Assembly (NCBI GenBank): GCA_907165135.1
Contig: OU015567.1
Coordinates: 5,456,001-5,520,000, forward strand
From: Oikopleura dioica
Lineage: Eukaryota > Animalia > Chordata
Direction: 5' to 3'
Length of the DNA stretch: 64,000 bases
Below, one piece after another: positions 26,802 through 40,626 of the stretch. Under the pieces are notes generated by a model, which was given only the letters and a program-made list of their open reading frames with translations, searched no databases and was not told the DNA's origin. Every line of letters starts with the position of its first letter. Position 1 is the stretch's first letter. Made by a program: the position numbers and the translations under genes.

Positions 26802-29800
26802 ATGAAAGTTTGGATTATCAGGAAAAGCATAAACTTCTTTCAATTTTTATTTTTACGAAAATTTTTTATTATTTTTTCAGAAAAAAAAATCGACTTTGAG
26901 GTCTTCTTCGGCCCTTCTCTTCGAAGAAATCGTATGAAAATCATTTTTTGGTGAATACTTTCAAAAAGCGTTCATCAAAAAGTTTTCTTTATAAATGCTT
27001 CATTTTGATAATTTGGTGATTCGAATTTAAAATTTTCGCTTTATATTGGCTCCAGCAGCTGGCAATGATTTTTCAGGAAAAGAATTGATCACGTGAGACT
27101 TTTCTCCCAAAAATTTTTTTTTATGAAAATTATCCCGAAATTTCCAGAAAATCATATAAAGCGTCATCTTAATTCAACCCTTATCTTCACCCTCCTATTT
27201 CAAGAGTTCATGCCCTCAAAGGACCCCTTCCTAATCGTCTGGGGCGAATCACATGACCCCGCTCCCGTCGGAAAGAAACTGCCGATCCTGACTACTGCGT
27301 ATGGCCATGTAGAAATCCCTCTGATCTTCACCCTCTTCATCCTCTTCATGGGAATTTTAAAGGTAAAGAAATCAGAAAGTGGTGTCATGTAAGAACATCA
27401 TTTCAGATTTAACGACCCGGTAGATTTTTATCGCTTAATTTTTGATTGACACTCCAATTGGATTTCCATCTTCTTTTAGATAATTCTCCCCTACGCGAAT
27501 GTTTGCCGCCCAAAAGTGCCAGATTGCTGTCTTCTCATGTCGCTAGGCTTCGCAATCGGCGGGCTTGTTTACTGCACCAGGGATTTCGGCAGCCACAATG
27601 ATAAATACATCAATATCGTTGAAAGCTTTTTCAATCCATCGACGTTCTTCTTGATTCTCCTCCCGCCGATTGTTCTCGAAGCTGGTTATTACATGCCCAA
27701 GGGACCGTTTATGCACAACATAGGTAAGTGAAAAACGTCAATACCGTAGATAGTATTTACAGTAATGCATTCAATAATGTTCCGCAGTTATCATTTTCGA
27801 CTGACTTATTTTCAATTGCTTCTGTAGTAAAAAGCCTGCTAAAAGTCAAGAAGCCGCTTGCGGCTTCGAGAAAGAAAGAACTAAAGCCGCGCGAAGCGCG
27901 GCTTTCTCGTCTTCATTGCTCGAAGCCGCAAGCGGCTTCTCGACTTTTAGCAGGTTTTTTACTATAGAAGCACTCTTAATATAAGTGTCTCTCAATGTCG
28001 ACGCAAATATTGACGTTACTGCCTTTTAGGAACCATTCTAACATATGCTATTATCGGCACAATTTTCAATTCCTTCTGCACTGGCGGTTGCCTGTATGGA
28101 GTTTACAAAGCAGGTTGGATGCCAGGCCTGGACGAGGCGCACGAAATGCCGATTAATCCCCTTCACATGCTGCTCTTTGGAAGCATCATTTCAGCAGTAG
28201 ATCCGGTCGCTGTGATCGCTGTTTTCGAAGAAATCCAGGTGAACATGCTTTTGTACATTTGCGTGTTTGGCGAGTCGCTGCTGAACGATGGCGTGGCCGT
28301 GGTGCTGTTTAAAGTGTTCGAAGCGTTTTTGGGAATGGACGAGGCGGATATAGACGCAAAGAATATTCTACGAGCGGTTTTGAAGTTTTTCGTCGTCGCC
28401 GGCGGAGGCACCCTCTTTGGAATCGTCTGTGGTTACATCGGCGCCTTCTCAACCAAGTACACTCAAAACAAGACCATCGTCGAGCCGTTATTCATATTTG
28501 GCGTCAGTTATGCTTGCTACTTGGCCGCGGAAGCATGTGGATTGTCAGCTATCCTGGCAGTTGTCTTCTGCGGATTCACAATGGTCTCCTACGTCGAGCA
28601 CAATATCTCCGCCAAATCCCACACCGTTGTCAAACAATCTATGAAACTCATCGCGCATATATCGGAAATGATCATTTTTCTTCTTCTCGGAACATCTGCG
28701 ATCACGGATTTCTGGGTGCACTGGAATACTGCTTTTGTCATGTGGACATTGCTGTTTATTTCCGTTTTTCGGCTGATTTCGGTTTATGGATTGACCGCGA
28801 TTTTGAATAAAAATCGGTAAGTTTTGACTGGAAAAGTAGGTTAAGCATGCCCCGAGGGGTGTTCTAGAGCCCGAACTACGGTTGAAGATTGAGGGTTTTG
28901 AATTTGGTTTTAGAGTCGAAAAAATCAGCTTCGTTGATCAATTTATCATGGCGTACGGCGGACTTCGCGGTGGAATCGCTTTCGGCTTGATGAAATTAAC
29001 CTCCCTCCAATTGGTACCGCATTCGAATGCCATGCTCTGTGTCACTTTGGTCGTGGTTTTCTTCACTTCATTTATTCAAGGAGCGACGGCTGGCCCGTTT
29101 GTTCAAGTAAGTGGTTTTTTTTCTTGCTCAATTCATTTTTCAAGAGATCTGTTACAATATCCTTACTGTATGTTTTCTAGCTCCTGCAGGTCAGGAAGAA
29201 AGACGACCACGAAAAAGGAATGAACGAAGAAGTCTACTACCGGGCGATGGGACATCTGAACTCTGGAATCAATGACGTAGTCGGCAGATATGGCATGAGT
29301 TCGATCCTTCGTCGCTTTGAGAGATTCAATGCAAAATACATCAACCCAGTCTTTACGCACGACCCGCACTTGAAGAAAGATCAAGAGATTCTTGAAATTA
29401 ACAAGAGGTATACCAGAATCAACACGTGCATATTTTCTAGCTCAAAATGAGTCGAAACAAAGAAAAAACACTAAATTTTTTAATCAAAATAAGAAAATTT
29501 TGAATACTCATTTTTGATTGGCTGACGACAAAAATGAAGAAATCTGATTGGTCAATAATGAATTTCTAATTGACATTTCCTTTAAGGATGAACATAAAGG
29601 AAGCGACAAAGATCGTCGGAGGCAGCAATCGAAAATCAGTGATGCCAACGGCTGCGAAAATGAACATCGCTCAAATGTTGCTCCCCAACGTTGCAATGAT
29701 ACTTCCAGGACTCGGGGACGATCTCGCCAAATCAAGAGCAGATTCGGGCAAGAAACAAGAAGAGGCTGAAGAAAATATTATTCTTCACGCTCAGCTTAAG

Positions 29801-30400
29801 GTGCTCCCTCCCTTAGGTTCGATTTTTTACGTTTTTTTAGACGGGACTGTTGCCGACGAGAGAAAATCTGGAAGCAAAGGCGATTATTGGCGAAGCAAAT
29901 GATACCGCGAATCAGAATCTTATGAAGAAGCACAAAAAAGCCGTGGCAGCGACGAGGAGAAGATCGGAAACGCACAGACACAGGCATCAGCAATACAGGG
30001 GCAACTCAGTCGTCACATCAGGTGAGCGATTTTTGTTGTTTTCATACGAATATTAATCAAGGTGACTTGCATTACCTCCACTTCGATGAAGCCGTCTCTC
30101 AACGGGCGTTTTTCTCGATGCCTCGCGAACGACACATTTCTGAGGGTCGTCACGTGTCCGTGATGGAAACGATTCCTGACAAATCCGGCTCAGATGACTG
30201 CATATCAGTAACGTCAGAAAAGTCATGGAAGGAACATCCCTGGAGATATACGCAAAGGCATGAAGGTGAGTCCATAAATAATTGATAATTTTTCTAACCT
30301 ATATTTTTTAGCGCAAGTGGACCCGAGGGGGCACGAATGATCTTTTGAGTGCCTGTTAAGAAATACTGTAAATACATGATTGAACAGCTGAATGATGATC
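26802..30400 (+). CDS. Na+/H+ exchanger (SLC9A, plasma-membrane NHE type); ends approximate
   Basis: FFLILLPPIVLEAGY, LLFGSIISAVDPVAVIAVFEE, VFGESLLNDGVAVVL and AYGGLRGGIAF are canonical NHE motifs. Confidence 0.9.
27827..27962. mobile_element. Family C palindromic MITE in an NHE intron
   Basis: Near-perfect inverted arms GTAAAAAGCCTGCTAAAAGTC..GAAGCCGCTTGCGGCTTCGAG, flanked by TA on both sides. Confidence 0.85.
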
Positions 30401-31086
30401 TTGGGCGCAAAACTCTTCCTGTACTTGAACATTGTCTTAATAGAGCATAAATATTGAAGCTAAAACTTTGTCTTGACCTCGTTTTTACTGTTTGAATGAT
30501 TGATAAGGAGGAGGATCCGTTAATTGACTCAAATTTTTAATACAGGGTACCTTTGCTCATCCTCTCATTTCCTGCGTATGTCCCCTTCTTAACCTTTGGG
30601 CCACGTAATCGCTATCAAGAATCACTAAATTCGATATTTCTAGAATAAGTTTGAACAAGGGGATATATGCAGAAAGAAAGGAGATGAACAAGGGCATCCT
30701 TGTTTTTAGTTAGAGACACCCTCAATTTTTCTCCCTAAAATCATCTCATTGCCCTCTAAACTTGAAAACTTCCCCTTTGAAGCGATAAAAATGCTGATTC
30801 GACTTGAATTTTCGGCTATTCTTCGGTAACCTTCGCCAGTCTCTCTAATACACGAGCTCCTCTCCACGTTAAAGATAAGCACTTACGCGGGCATGAGTGT
30901 TTCGTAGGAAGTGGCTTAATTGGCGACACCACCACCACGCACTGCCGCCGTACGTAGTTACGAGTATCCGCTCTCAAAACGACTTTTCTAAAATTTTGCA
31001 AAAAGAAAAGAGAGAAACTTATTTTAAAACCAAAAAGAACCCGAGAAAGAAAGCTGAAACAAGCGCAAGAAAAAAATAAGAAGAAG

Positions 31087-31636
31087 ATGAGGAAATTTCT
31101 GATTGCTCTCATTCCTACTGCCTTAGGTATTCTTAGCTTTCTGCAAAATAGAGAATTGCCGAGATAGCTCGGCAGCCTGTGAAAAAATCCTGAGTCAGGG
31201 TCCAGACAGAGAATCTCATTCATCTTTTGAAGACCCTGACTCAGGTTTTCGGCCTACTCAAACCCTGAGTCAGGGTAAATAAAAGAGAATTTTCTGTTAA
31301 AGAACCTGACTCAGGTTTTCGACGCAGGAAATCCTGAACTATCTAACCCTGAGTCAGGGCCCCTAACTGTAAAGAAACCCCCTCCAAATCCATTCTCATT
31401 CAGGTAAACCAACTTTGGATTCCATCGGCAACGAGCCGATCACCCCGATCGAGTTCCGCGCCGAATTCGACAGCCGCTTCCCCTCCAAAGAGACGATCAT
31501 GCACCTCCAGCGCCAATACGAAGCCTACCTTGAAGCACTCGCTCAAACCACCGAAATCGTCACGACTACTGCTCCCCTCGAAACAACTCTGAACCCAACC
31601 GAAGCGACTACATTTACGTACACTGGCAAAGCCTAA
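31087..31636 (+). CDS. Small two-exon secreted protein of unknown function
   Basis: MRKFLIALIPTAL, then a phase-1 GT-AG intron (about 31126-31402, holding five family B cores), then GKPTLDSIGNEPITPIEF...TYTGKA*. Exon 2 has strong codon bias. Confidence 0.55.
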
Positions 31637-32841
31637 TCTTTCCAATTTTTCAAAAAATCAAAAAAAAAACGAAATAAAAAATATAAAAATTCAAGAATAT
31701 CGGCGATTGTTTTATGAAAATAGTTTAATACGTAAGCTCTACCAAACTTTTGAACATGATGTTAACATTGTTGTATAGCAGGGAAACTCATGTAAGACCA
31801 CGTGCTAACAATGGAAAGTCTGACTCTTTTCTCCGGTTAGTTTTGCATTATTGAAAAAGCTCTAGAATCATCTATATGCAAATGCATTCACCATGACTTC
31901 GAATCCAAGTTGTTCATTTAGGATAAACAATTTGTCGTTCCATTTGGACATAAGTTTCATTTTAAATCCAAGTCAGCTTATTTCCCGTCTGTCAACGTTT
32001 TTCGACCGCTCAAAAAATGTCTGACAAGTAAACCTATTTTGCATAAAAAATGGGCAGGTTCAAGTATTTACTAAATCAAAAATCGAACATTCTGGAAGCC
32101 TCTCCCAAATTTCTCGGTTTTAAGACAGAGAAACCCTAGATAAATCAAGGTCGCAAAGATTTTGAAGATCCTGAGTCAGGTTTTTTTCTGAGACAGGTTT
32201 CTTAAAAAGGCCAATTCCTTAAAATTTGGCTCGAAAGTTCATAATCGTATCTTCGACAAGGAAATACTAGCATTCGCTGAACCGAATACAGTATTATTGA
32301 CAGGGAATGTCGTTAATATACATATAATGAGACAATGATATCTGAGAAATGTCATTCGCTGGTGCATTTTGCAGCGGGTGAGAATTCGAGCAGGAATGAA
32401 TAAATCATCGCGCCAGTGCTTAAAATCCCTGAGAAAACGCAATCCAAGAACACAATTACCCGGCCAGAGATATCTTCAAAAAAAATGAAAGGAAAAGGGT
32501 CGAATTCAAAGAAAAAAATAATTGATTCGATATTTTTTGATCCTTTGATGAAGTTTTTGAGTGCTTCGCTATCGCGATTTTGAATACTGTCAGCTCTTAC
32601 AGACTTGAAGAAAGATCGCCAATGCAATCAAATGCTCGACGACAAATTTCGAATCTGTACAAACAGTACTTTGGAAAATCCCTCAGTCCTGCCAGACGAG
32701 TTCAGTTTTGATTTTTTTTATGAAATAAATTTGGACAGCGTAGATCAGCCGATGAGATTTATCGTTTACATGAATTTTCTGATTCAGGAATACCTAAACT
32801 AAAAAAATCTGAAAATCGAAAGTCAGAATAACCTTTTAGGA

Positions 32842-35800
32842 TGTAAGACAACGTCAAGTCTCTCCCACTCTAGAAGCAAATGCCCTTCTCTCAAAGATAA
32901 AAGTTACAACGAGGTTGAATTGTAGAGTTGATATTTATTGGAGAATAAATCTCTAAACGGAGAAATAACCGAATGAGGCGAATTGCCTCGCTGACCGAGA
33001 GAACAGCTTCGATCAGATAACACTTGAGGGCGGGAGAGTTTAGATTGCTCTCACAACCTAATACCCCCCTTGAAACTCAGAACGCTCTCAAGGGTTGAAA
33101 CATGAGTTGTTGTTGTTGGAAGGCAGGAATATGTACTTTGAGCAAGCAGGAACAAAAGGATAAACGATCTGCATTAAAAAACCCAGTGGGAAAAAGCATG
33201 ATCGAGTACCGACGTTTTCTTGATGTCCGAGCGGATGGAGTTACAGGATACGGCGGCGAAGGTGTGCTCAAAATACGGCAGATAAGGGACGAGAAGTCTA
33301 TTCCATACCTTTTCAGGCCCCTAGTCGAAGGAAAGAACGAAGTTCTTGGGGACCTGAGCGGGGCAAGGTTTACGCTGAGTCGTAAGACTTCCCCTTGGAT
33401 GATCCAATATTGAGCTGGCTTGTTTGTTTTTTCTCCCGAGCGGACCTTCTTTTCGGTGGTGCAGCTTCGATCACGGATGAGTTTGGCGAGTCGACTCGGG
33501 GACGTTTTCCAGATGGTTTTTCGGGCTTAGAATCGGTTTCAATTGGTCTTTCAGCTGTTGCTGTAGCATTTTTTGAATCATAGTGGTGAGAAACTACTGT
33601 CTCTTCACTAGCAACAACTTCTGGGATTGCAGTAGTGTCATGGGCGGTCTCGAACATCGTTCCGTTGGTAGCACCGAGGTCCATAGGGATGACTGAGCCA
33701 CCAGATGATCCAGAAGAGTTGAGATCGGATCCAGACGTGTCTGTAGCAGGCTTACCAGGGCCAATTGGTGACATGGACAGTCTCGAAGGCTTAGTAAGTT
33801 TTGGCATCGGGGTCGATTCCACATATTTTCTCCCCCCTTGAGTCTTCGAACTGGCAGCTTTCTCAGCAGGCTTTGGAGTGACGATAGGGCTTTTTTGAGG
33901 AATTTTATCCTTGACTACATCAGTAAGGTGAGGAAAAACATACATATCTTCGAATTCCTCAATCCATTTTAGATCAGAAATCCTTTCTGATGCCTGGACG
34001 CAGTGTTCGCGGTGGATAAAGTCGCGATTTCCGTTTTTGTCCTCGACAAGGACTACCCATGAGTTCGATTTGATGGCGCGCAGCGGTCCAACCCATCTTT
34101 CTTTCTTTGACCGAGGGTCGGTCAACTGGTCGCGTTTGATGAAAATCGCAGAACCATCAGGGATTGGCTTAGGGGCAGGCTGGTTTTTCAAGCGTTGCTC
34201 CATCGATTTATCAGCGGCTTCCATAGAAAGAGTAACGATATTTTCTACCTGTTTGGCGAGCTCAGCCACGTTGAGACCAAATAGCTTGGGCGTCTCGGCG
34301 GTCATTTCTGTGCCAGTGGCGTTTGTGAACTCGGATTTTCGTCCAAACCAGACTTCTCTCGGGCTCACTCCCGTAGATTTGTTTTTCATGGAGTTGAGAG
34401 ATCGCATCACGTGGGGAACGCAGTCTGGCCAATTACGTTTTCCAGCCGAGTTGACCATGCAGTAAATGGAGTTTTTGATGGTGCGATTGGCTCTCTCCGC
34501 GAAACTGTTGCTTTGGGGGTGAAATGCGCAGGAGATCGTGTGCTTTATCCCGTTTAACTTACACATTTCGGAGATAACTTGGCTTGCAAAGTGAGTTCCG
34601 CGGTCCGAGTGCAGATTTTGAGGGAGGAAGTCCATTGGTAGAAATACCTTGTAGAGTAAGGCGCGTGCGGCGGTTATGGCGGTGTCCGAGCGGCAAGGAA
34701 TACACCAGACGAATCGACTGAAGGAGCACACTGCGACTAAATAATACTTGTACCCAGAGCAAGGGGTCATGTGCGCGTAGTCGATGTGGATACTTTCGCC
34801 AGGTCTTTTGCCACGTCGGAGTTGGCCAAGTGGGGGTTTTGTCCGTTGTCCAGCCGAACCTTTACGTCGTAAGCATGGTACGCAGCTGTGAACATAGTTG
34901 TCTACGTCCTGCTCGATTGTCGGCCACCAGAGATCTTCTAACTTTTCCATAACGCGCGGGATACCGAGATGCCCAGCCAAATCGTGGCTGACATAGAGGA
35001 AGTGACTTTTGACGGCTTCCGGCACGACGGCACGTGATCCGTTACGTAAATTTACCATAAGGGCGGAAGTCACGTGGTCCAGAAAAAGTGATTTTTGATA
35101 CTTAACTAGTGCAGATTTCCGATGATCCGAGTCGGGCAAGAGAGAGCCAATGTCCAGTGGTCCATTTCCAGATTCTAGCTTTCCGATGATCTTGGAGAGT
35201 GCGGAGTCTTGAAGTTGAAATTCCAGCAGATTGCCGAAATTGGCAGAGACGAGAGGAATCGTAGTCGGGGCAGTGATCGCTTGAACATTGATTTTATGTA
35301 CCTTTGCTGCTGTGATTTGGAGTTTATCCGGGAACTGACTATTGTTCCAGAACGGCACGAAGATACGAATCGGTGAATCATCGGAGATGGAGTATTCGCG
35401 CCCGGCGGGGATTTCCGCTTCGTAATCGAGCGACTTGTCGTTTTCACCTGGTCTCCGAGACATGAAATCGGCGAACGTATTTTCCGACCCTTTGATATAG
35501 GTCACGTGGAAGTCAAATTCTTCCAGTCGAGTCTGCCATCGATGTATTTTTGAGTTCTTGAACTTCCGCTTGTTCAAGTAAATCAATGACCTGTGATCGC
35601 TGTGCACGTGGAAAAACCGGCCTTTGAGTAGCTTTTCCAGGCGCTCACAGCACCACAAGATGCCATACATCTCTTTTTCGCTGACATTCCAGCGTCTTTC
35701 GGCGCGGGTGAAGGTGTGAGATATGGCACTTACTAGGTGGACTCTCCCGTCGTATTCCTGGATCAGTATCCCTCCAACAGCGAACATTGAAGCATCCGTG

Positions 35801-36668
35801 TAGAGGTGAAATGTGTGGTCCATGTTTGGGAATGAGATGACAGGGGTCGAGGATAACCGCATTTGTATCTCCTTCAGTGCTATATCAGCTTCTTTTGTCC
35901 ATCGGAAACGGTTTCCAGAGTTAGCCGCATTTCTAACTTCGTTAATGGGCACCATGCGGTGGCTGAAGCAACCGGTGCTTATCTTTTCGCCCATTTTTGT
36001 CTCCAAATAGACTCGGATCCAGTTCAAGGAGCCGATGAGTGAAAGAAGCTCTTTCTGGGATGTGGGTGGTTTCATCTGGCGAATCGCGGCAACTTGCGCA
36101 GGGTCCGGTTGAACACCGCGACTGTCGATGATGCGGCCCAGAAAATGAGCTTGTTTTTGTAGAAAAGAGCATTTGTCGCTCTTCAGTTTCACGTTGAATT
36201 TCCGTAGTGAAATGAAGAAATTTTTGAGAACTTTGTAGTATGCGTCGAAAGATTTTTCAAAAATGACGACGTCGTCGATGTAGGACATCATGCTTTTTCT
36301 GGTAGGGGATGTGTCGAGGATTTGGTTGACGATTCTGGAGAAAATATTCCCACTGCAGCGATACCCGAAGGGTAAACGCTTAAAGCAGTAGCTTTTCCCG
36401 CCCCACTGGAAACTGGTTTTGTACTGGTCGCTCTCCTTGATCTCGACTTGCCAGTATCCACTGCGGAGATCGCAGCAGCTGAAGAATGAGTTTCCCGCGC
36501 CGACTTGAGAAATGACTTCTTCCATCGAGGGGAGGTGGTATGGATCGCTTTTGTCGCTGAGGCATTTATTCAGCGAGTTCTTGAAATTTATACAAAAGCG
36601 TATGTCTCCATCTTTCTTCGCTATAGGCAAGACGGAGGGAGAGTTTAGATTGCTCTCACAACCTAATA
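32842..36668 (-). mobile_element. Ty3/gypsy (Tor-like) LTR retrotransposon, internally deleted (no PBS, gag or protease)
   Basis: 3' LTR at 32842-33063 (minus strand TATTAGG...CTTACA, contains AATAAA) preceded by a G-rich PPT. Its first 32 bp recur exactly at 36637-36668, joined directly to the RT coding sequence. Confidence 0.9.
33370..36630 (-). CDS. pol: Retrotransposon pol remnant: RT, RNase H, integrase (1086 codons, no ATG start)
   Basis: KKDGDIRFC, DLRSGYWQV, LPFG, YIDD; RNase H TDAS..EKE..SDH..ADFMSR; integrase HHCC (HDLAGHLG..CVPC) and D-D-E (IDY, SDRG, AER). Confidence 0.95.
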   Translation of the reverse strand: MPIAKKDGDIRFCINFKNSLNKCLSDKSDPYHLPSMEEVISQVGAGNSFFSCCDLRSGYWQVEIKESDQYKTSFQWGGKSYCFKRLPFGYRCSGNIFSRIVNQILDTSPTRKSMMSYIDDVVIFEKSFDAYYKVLKNFFISLRKFNVKLKSDKCSFLQKQAHFLGRIIDSRGVQPDPAQVAAIRQMKPPTSQKELLSLIGSLNWIRVYLETKMGEKISTGCFSHRMVPINEVRNAANSGNRFRWTKEADIALKEIQMRLSSTPVISFPNMDHTFHLYTDASMFAVGGILIQEYDGRVHLVSAISHTFTRAERRWNVSEKEMYGILWCCERLEKLLKGRFFHVHSDHRSLIYLNKRKFKNSKIHRWQTRLEEFDFHVTYIKGSENTFADFMSRRPGENDKSLDYEAEIPAGREYSISDDSPIRIFVPFWNNSQFPDKLQITAAKVHKINVQAITAPTTIPLVSANFGNLLEFQLQDSALSKIIGKLESGNGPLDIGSLLPDSDHRKSALVKYQKSLFLDHVTSALMVNLRNGSRAVVPEAVKSHFLYVSHDLAGHLGIPRVMEKLEDLWWPTIEQDVDNYVHSCVPCLRRKGSAGQRTKPPLGQLRRGKRPGESIHIDYAHMTPCSGYKYYLVAVCSFSRFVWCIPCRSDTAITAARALLYKVFLPMDFLPQNLHSDRGTHFASQVISEMCKLNGIKHTISCAFHPQSNSFAERANRTIKNSIYCMVNSAGKRNWPDCVPHVMRSLNSMKNKSTGVSPREVWFGRKSEFTNATGTEMTAETPKLFGLNVAELAKQVENIVTLSMEAADKSMEQRLKNQPAPKPIPDGSAIFIKRDQLTDPRSKKERWVGPLRAIKSNSWVVLVEDKNGNRDFIHREHCVQASERISDLKWIEEFEDMYVFPHLTDVVKDKIPQKSPIVTPKPAEKAASSKTQGGRKYVESTPMPKLTKPSRLSMSPIGPGKPATDTSGSDLNSSGSSGGSVIPMDLGATNGTMFETAHDTTAIPEVVASEETVVSHHYDSKNATATAERPIETDSKPEKPSGKRPRVDSPNSSVIEAAPPKRRSAREKKQTSQLNIGSSKGKSYDSA

Positions 36669-36673
36669 AACCA

Positions 36674-37901
36674 TTATGGTTTTTGAAGCGTACGCGATGG
36701 ATTCACACAGATATATTTATTCTACAAGTAATGATATTATTAAACAGGCTACAGTCAAAATACAGCTCAGCAATTTTCTTCAATTCCTTCCCAAAGAGCC
36801 TTAACATTTTGTTTTCCGAATCCTTGACTTCCGTTCCATCGCTCAATCAGTTCAAAAAACACTCCATTTTCAAGCACTAGAATTCAAATTAGATTACTGT
36901 TGCCAATTCTATGTTTTAAAAACCTGGTTTGGTGAACGCTTGAAGAATAATCTCAGCTTTGTTTAGGTCTTCAAAGTCGATCAGAATATTATTTTTCTGA
37001 AGAAAAATCATTTTCGATTCGAAAAATGAATTCTACCTGTAAGGAGTGAATATCGTATTTGATCTTTTGAACGCATTCTTGAACATGCGGCCGAGTGTAA
37101 TAATTCATCGGCGTGGGGACGATTTCCAACGAATCTATTTGTTCAATTTTCTTCAGTTCCTGATGAATGTTACAGTGGAAGGCAATGTGCTGGATTCCAG
37201 GGCCGTTTCGGGAGAGATAGCTTTTTATGTGGTCTGTTTGATCGGATTTCGACAATGACGCTATTTTTTTGTGATGAAAGAGAAAGACCAGAGGTTGATT
37301 TTTTACCTGATATGACAATGGCAAAATGAGAATCAGGAGGTTTTAAGACCGTGAGAATCATTCCATTGTTCCTGGCAGAAATTCGATGCTCGACGATTTT
37401 GACCAAGCCGAATGTCTTCTGATACCATTCCTGAGAATACCGGTGAGTTCATCGAGATAGGGCTTTTGCGACTTACGGAGGTAGAGGCAAAGTCCTGAAG
37501 ATGGACGACCAGAGCAATGTGGTCAATAAAATCAAAACATATTTTGGATTTGCGTCTTGCCGCGCCCGGGAACTCCTTGATCTCTTCAGAATTTATGACC
37601 TTATGAGTCAATCCGGGAATAATTGAGGCGATCTCCTTGTTGCAGTTCCCGACAAAAGCTGCTGTATGAATTCTTTCTTCCTTTGTGTTCGATCTTTCCG
37701 AAGATTTTCAACTCTTCGGCCATTTTCAGACCCAAAAAGAGCTCTAGAATCGTTCCTGAGATCAATTTGAATAAGCCCATCCGGTTTTCCGTCAAAATTT
37801 CTGAACCCAAAAGTCTCCGCCAAGTCTTCTTTAAGCTGTTCTCTTGATGTCGAAAGTTGCAAGTATGCCAGACCCGAGATCGAACAGACTTGCTCAGGCA
37901 T
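36674..37901 (-). CDS. 4-hydroxyphenylpyruvate dioxygenase-like protein, multi-exon
   Basis: IDHIAL; SYLSRNGPGIQHIAF; IILQAFTKP|VLENGVFFELIERWNGSQGFGKQNVKALW match HPD/HPDL metal-ligand and C-terminal motifs. Confidence 0.8.
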
Positions 37902-38293
37902 TATTCTCAGATTGAAATTGGACCGACAATTTGAATGATCAAATCAAGCTGGGAGCTAATCATAAAAATGATGGCGTGATGATGACCTAATAAAGTTATA
38001 AGAGAGAAGATACCAGACGGACAAAACTGTTTCTTGAAGATTTCACACATTTTTGATGGTTTTCCGAAAATGAACTTTCCAGCTGACAAAAGCGCTTCCC
38101 CCCGCGGCGGGTGCGCTTGATAATCTTCCTAAAATAGGTACCGCTACTGTTTGCAAGGCGTCAAGTGTTGCTGCCCAATCAACTGACGAGATGCCTTAAA
38201 AGGCAAGCGTGAAGGGTTGAAAACTATCAACCGAGCTGCCCAGAGCTTTAGTGTTTTTTTCTTAATCGAGAACTCACCCATCCATTTTTCAAA

Positions 38294-39671
<1,378 letters not shown>

Positions 39672-39781
39672 TGAATCTCTCTTCCATGATTTCAGAGAAC
39701 AAAAGTTATCGAGAAACAGCCCGGAAGGTATTTGGTTACAGCCTGTTCTAGAGAAAACAGGAGAAGATGGAATTGAGTGTT

Positions 39782-40626
39782 TTAGCCGATATTGTAGTCA
39801 GCGACCCACATTTGCTTGGTGAAGTCTTTCCATGGGATTGGGACGTCGCCGCGGAGGTTGAGGCCGTGAGAGACGAAGCATTTTTTGTTGATGCAGCATT
39901 GGCGGCAAACGGAGAGGAATTTCGAGCCGAGTTTACACTTTTCAGGTTACGCAACTGTTTTTAAAAGAAAGACTTGAGGATTAAGCCCATTTTTTTATGA
40001 AAAAAGGATTTAAAAGGTTCTGTAACATTCCTGTTGTTGTGATTCTTGAGGATCGTGGAAGTTCTCGTTTCTTGCTGTATAACAGGCTTGGGCTTGCTTG
40101 CAACCCATTTGAATTCCCTCTGAAAATCGCAGTTATGTACTGACAGCATAAGAACTCTTACCGAAGCGAGAGCCTCTTCGACGAATCTCCACAGCGCAAA
40201 TTTGATCTCCATGACAAGCTTGCCAGGACCCGCGAGCTCCACATTCATCTTCGTCTAACCCATTACAGGTCCAGCAAGACACCTGAAAATATGAGCTAAA
40301 AAAGGAGGACCGAATCGATTGCTACCTCGGATTCAGCGACAAAATCATCGAGAGATTGCTCTTCAAAGACTTCGACTCTCCCTCCCGGCGTGTTGATAAA
40401 TGACCCGGTTTCGTTTCTTATCGGTTCAAAAGAAAAACGATTCTTTTCAGAGCTTTGTGTCGCTTCCTGCCGGGCATTTTTCAGCTTTGCTTGTTTTCGT
40501 TTCCATTTTCTTTCCTAAAATTATTTTTATTTTTCAACTCTTCATTTTTTCCCTCACCTCTTTGCTGGATTTCCAAGTCTGCGCGAGGCCAACTCCAGCG
40601 AGAAGAAAAACCCGAAGGGCCTTCAT
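39782..40626 (-). CDS. Secreted Ly6/uPAR (three-finger)-like Cys-rich protein
   Basis: Signal MKALRVFLLAGVGLA; exons give VSCWTCNGLDEDECGARGSWQACHGDQICAVEIRRRG, IQMGCKQAQAC and CKLGSKFLSVCRQCCINKKC. Confidence 0.7.

Noticed and set aside
33064-33369. Possible env or extra ORF between pol and the 3' LTR
   Set aside because: Only about 300 bp; the short ORFs have no signal peptide or TM segment.
38070-38190. E-boxes and a MEF2/CArG-like CCTAAAATAGG upstream of actin
   Set aside because: Spacing is one base off both consensus sites and 6-mers are expected by chance.
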